Source: Tubiluchus corallicola (taxonomy: Eukaryota; Animalia; Priapulida). Taken from it: 21,137 bases of DNA. The notes beneath the pieces were generated by a model that worked only from the letters and a program-made list of their open reading frames with translations, made no database searches and was not told where the DNA came from. Shown here piece by piece: positions 18,131 through 21,137 of this stretch. Each line of letters starts with the position of its first letter. Within the stretch, counting starts at the first letter, position 1. Made by a program: the position numbers and the translations under genes. Location: assembly GCA_030141605.1 (NCBI GenBank), contig JAQGDQ010001919.1, positions 1 through 21,137 of the forward strand, written 5' to 3'.

Positions 18131-21100
18131 CTTATGCTACGCTTGTGTTTCATTTGCTACGCTTGTGTTTCTTTTGCTACGCTTGTGTTTCTTTTGCTAC
18201 GCTTGTGTTTCTTTTGCTACGCTTGTGTTTCTTATGCTGCGCTTGTGTTTCTTTTGCTACGCTTGTGTTTCTTTTGCTACGCTTGTGTTTCTTATGCTAC
18301 GCTTGTGTTTCTTATGCTACGCTTGTGTTTTTATGCTAAGCCTGTGTTTCTTATGCTACACTTGTGTTTCTTTTGCTACGCTTGTGTTTCTTATGCTACA
18401 CTTGTGTTTCTTATGCTACGCTTGTGTTTCTTATGCTACGCTTGTGTTTCTTATGCTACGCTTGTGTTTCTTTTGCTACGCTTGTGTTTCTTATGCTACG
18501 CTTGTGTTTCTTTTGCTACGCTTGTGTTTCTTATGCTACGCTTGTGTTTCTTATGCTACGCTTGTGTTTCTTATGCTACGCTTGTGTTTCTTATGCTACG
18601 CTCGTGTTTCTTATGCTACGCTTGAGTTTCTTATGCTATGCTTGTGTTTCTTTTGCTACGCTTGTGTTTCTTATGCTACGCTTGTGTTTCTTATGCTACA
18701 CTTGTGTTTCTTTTGCTACGCTTGTGTTTCTTTTGCTACGCTTGTGTTTCTTATGCTACGCTTGTGTTTCTTATGCTACGCTTGTGTTTCTTATGCTACG
18801 CGTGTGTTTTTTTTATGCTGCACTTGTGTTTCTTATGCTGCACTTGTGTTTTTTATGCTACACTTGTGTTTTTTATGCTACACTTGTGTTTCTTATGCTA
18901 CACTTGTGTTTCTTTTGCTACGCTTGTGTTTCTTATGCTACGCTTGTGTTTCTTATGCTACACTTGTGTTTCTTATGCTACGCTTGTGTTTCTTATGCTA
19001 CGCTTGTGTTTCTTATTGCTACACTTGTGTTTCTTATGCTACACTTGTGTTTCTTTTGCTACGCTTGTGTTTCTTATGCTACGCTTGTGTTTCTTATGCT
19101 ACACTTGTGTTTCTTTTGCTACGCTTGTGTTTCTTATGCTGCACTTGTGTTTCTTATGCTACACTTGTGTTTCTTATGCTACACTTGTGTTTCTTATGCT
19201 ACGCTTGTGTTTCTTATGCTACGCTTGTGTTTCTTATGCTACACTTGTGTTTCTTATGCTACGCTTGTGTTTCTTATGCTACGCTTGTGTTTCTTATGCT
19301 ACGCTTGTGTTTCTTATGCTACGCTTGTGTTTCTTATGCTACGCTTGTGTTTCTTATGCTACGCTTGTGTTTCTTATGCTACGCTTGTGTTTCTTATGCT
19401 ACACTTGTGTTTCTTATGCTAAGCTTGTGTTTCTTATGCTACGCTTGTGTTTCTTATGCTACGCTTGTGTTTCTTATGCTACGCTTGTGTTTCTTATGCT
19501 ACGCTTGTGTTTCTTATGCTACCTTTGTGTTTTTTATGCTACGCTTGTGTTTCTTATGCTACGCTTGTGTTTCTTATGCTACACTTGTGTTTCTTATGCT
19601 ACGCTTGTGTTTCTTATGCTACGCTTGTGTTTTTATGCTACACTTGTGTTTCTTATGCTACACTTGTGTTTCTTATGCTACGCTTGTGTTTCTTATGCTA
19701 CGCTTGTGTTTCTTATGCTGCACTTGTGTTTTTATGCTACACTTGTGTTTCTTATGCTGCACTTGTGTTTTTTATGCTGCACTTGTGTTTCTTATGCTAC
19801 ACTAGTGTTTTTATGCTACACTTGTGTTTCTTATGCTACGCTTGTGTTTTTTATGCTACGCTTGTGTTTTTTATGCTATGCTTGTGTTTTTTATGCTACG
19901 CTTGTGTTTTTTACGCTACACTTGTGTTTTTTATGCTACACTTGTGTTTCTTATGCTACGCTTGTGTTTTTTATGCTACGCTTGTGTTTTTTATGCTACG
20001 CTTGTGTTTCTTATGCTACGCTTGTGTTTCTTATGCTACGCGTGTGTTTTTTTTATGCTGCACTTGTGTTTTTTATGCTGCACTTGTGTTTTTTATGCTA
20101 CACTTGTGTTTTTTATGCTACACTTGTGTTTCTTATGCTACGCTTGTGTTTCTTTTGCTACGCTTGTGTTTCTTATGCTACGCTTGTGTTTCTTATGCTA
20201 CGCTTGTGTTTCTTATGCTACACTTGTGTTTCTTATGCTACGCTTGTGTTTCTTATGCTACACTTGTGTTTTTTATGCTACACTTGTGTTTCTTATGCTA
20301 CGCTTGTGTTTCTTATGCTACGCTTGTGTTTCTTATGCTACGCTTGTGTTTCTTATGCTACACTTGTGTTTCTTATGCTAAGCTTGTGTTTCTTATGCTA
20401 CGCTTGTGTTTCTTATGCTACGCTTGTGTTTCTTATGCTGCGCTTGTGTTTCTTATGCTGCGCCTGTGTTTTTTATGCTGCGCTTGTGTTTTTTATACAC
20501 TTGTGTTTCTTATGCTACGCTTGTGTTTCTTATGCTACGCTTGTGTTTCTTATGCTACGCGTGTGTTTTTTTTATGCTGCACTTGTGTTTTTTATGCTGC
20601 ACTTGTGTTTTTTATGCTACACTTGTGTTTTTATGCTACACTTATGTTTCTTATGCTACACTTGTGTTTCTTATGCTGCACTTGTGTTTCTTATGCTACA
20701 TTTGTGTTCCTTGTGCTACGCTTGTGTTTTTTATGCTACACTTCTGTTTTTTATGCTACACTTGTGTTTCTTATGCTACACTTGTGTTTCTTATGCTACG
20801 CTTGTGTTTCTTATGCTACGCTTGTGTTTCTTATGCTACACTTGTGTTTCTTATGCTACACTTGTGTTTTTACGCTACACTTGTGTTTTTTATGCTTCAC
20901 TTGTGTTTCTCATGCTACGCTTGTGTTTCTTATGCTACGCTTGTGTTTCTTATGCTACGCTTGTGTTTCTTATGCTACGCTTGTGTTTCTTATGCTACAC
21001 TTGTGTTTCTTATGCTACACTTGTGTTTTTTATGCTACACTTGTGTTTCTTATGCTACACTTGTGTTTCTTATGCTACGCTTGTGTTTCTTATGCTACGC

Positions 21101-21137
21101 TTGTGTTTCTTATGCTACACTTGTGTTTCTTATGCTA
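18131..21137. repeat. 20-bp satellite, ~150 copies, runs off the window end
   Basis: Unit CTTATGCTACGCTTGTGTTT with minor variants (acac/acgc, ttat/tttt, 19-bp deletion units). Confidence 0.98.

Noticed and set aside
18090-20381. Long ORFs (571, 352, 185, 163, 76 aa) rich in CYACVSYATLVFLMLRLCFL
   Set aside because: Translations of the 20-bp satellite, open in all three frames; no unique sequence.

Overview
AT-rich, repeat-dense eukaryotic (most likely invertebrate animal) genomic DNA. The + strand carries five coding exons (1451-11258) of an SREK1/SRSF11(Srp54)-family two-RRM splicing factor; I could not find the rest of the gene in the window. Just downstream of exon 5, apparently inside the next intron and antisense to it, is an uninterrupted 799-aa ORF (11948-14347, -) encoding about 7-8 ankyrin repeats fused to a Mab-21/cGAS-like nucleotidyltransferase (cGLR) with an intact GS..EFD..D catalytic signature. 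The ORF sits between the left end (TTAA at 11357) and right end (TTAA at 16342) of a ~0.72-kb TTAA-flanked, piggyBac-type non-autonomous element. A cargo-free inverted copy of that element lies in intron 1 (2906-4204). The 5-kb unit therefore looks like a transposon-bracketed innate-immune receptor cassette, although two independent truncated insertions cannot be excluded. The introns also contain solo LTRs, a TA-flanked MITE, hAT-like ends, antisense LINE 3' ends (two with tandemly amplified 3' UTRs), and 26-, 92-, 137-, 86- and 20-bp tandem arrays. All assignments come from reading the sequence by eye; no searches were run.
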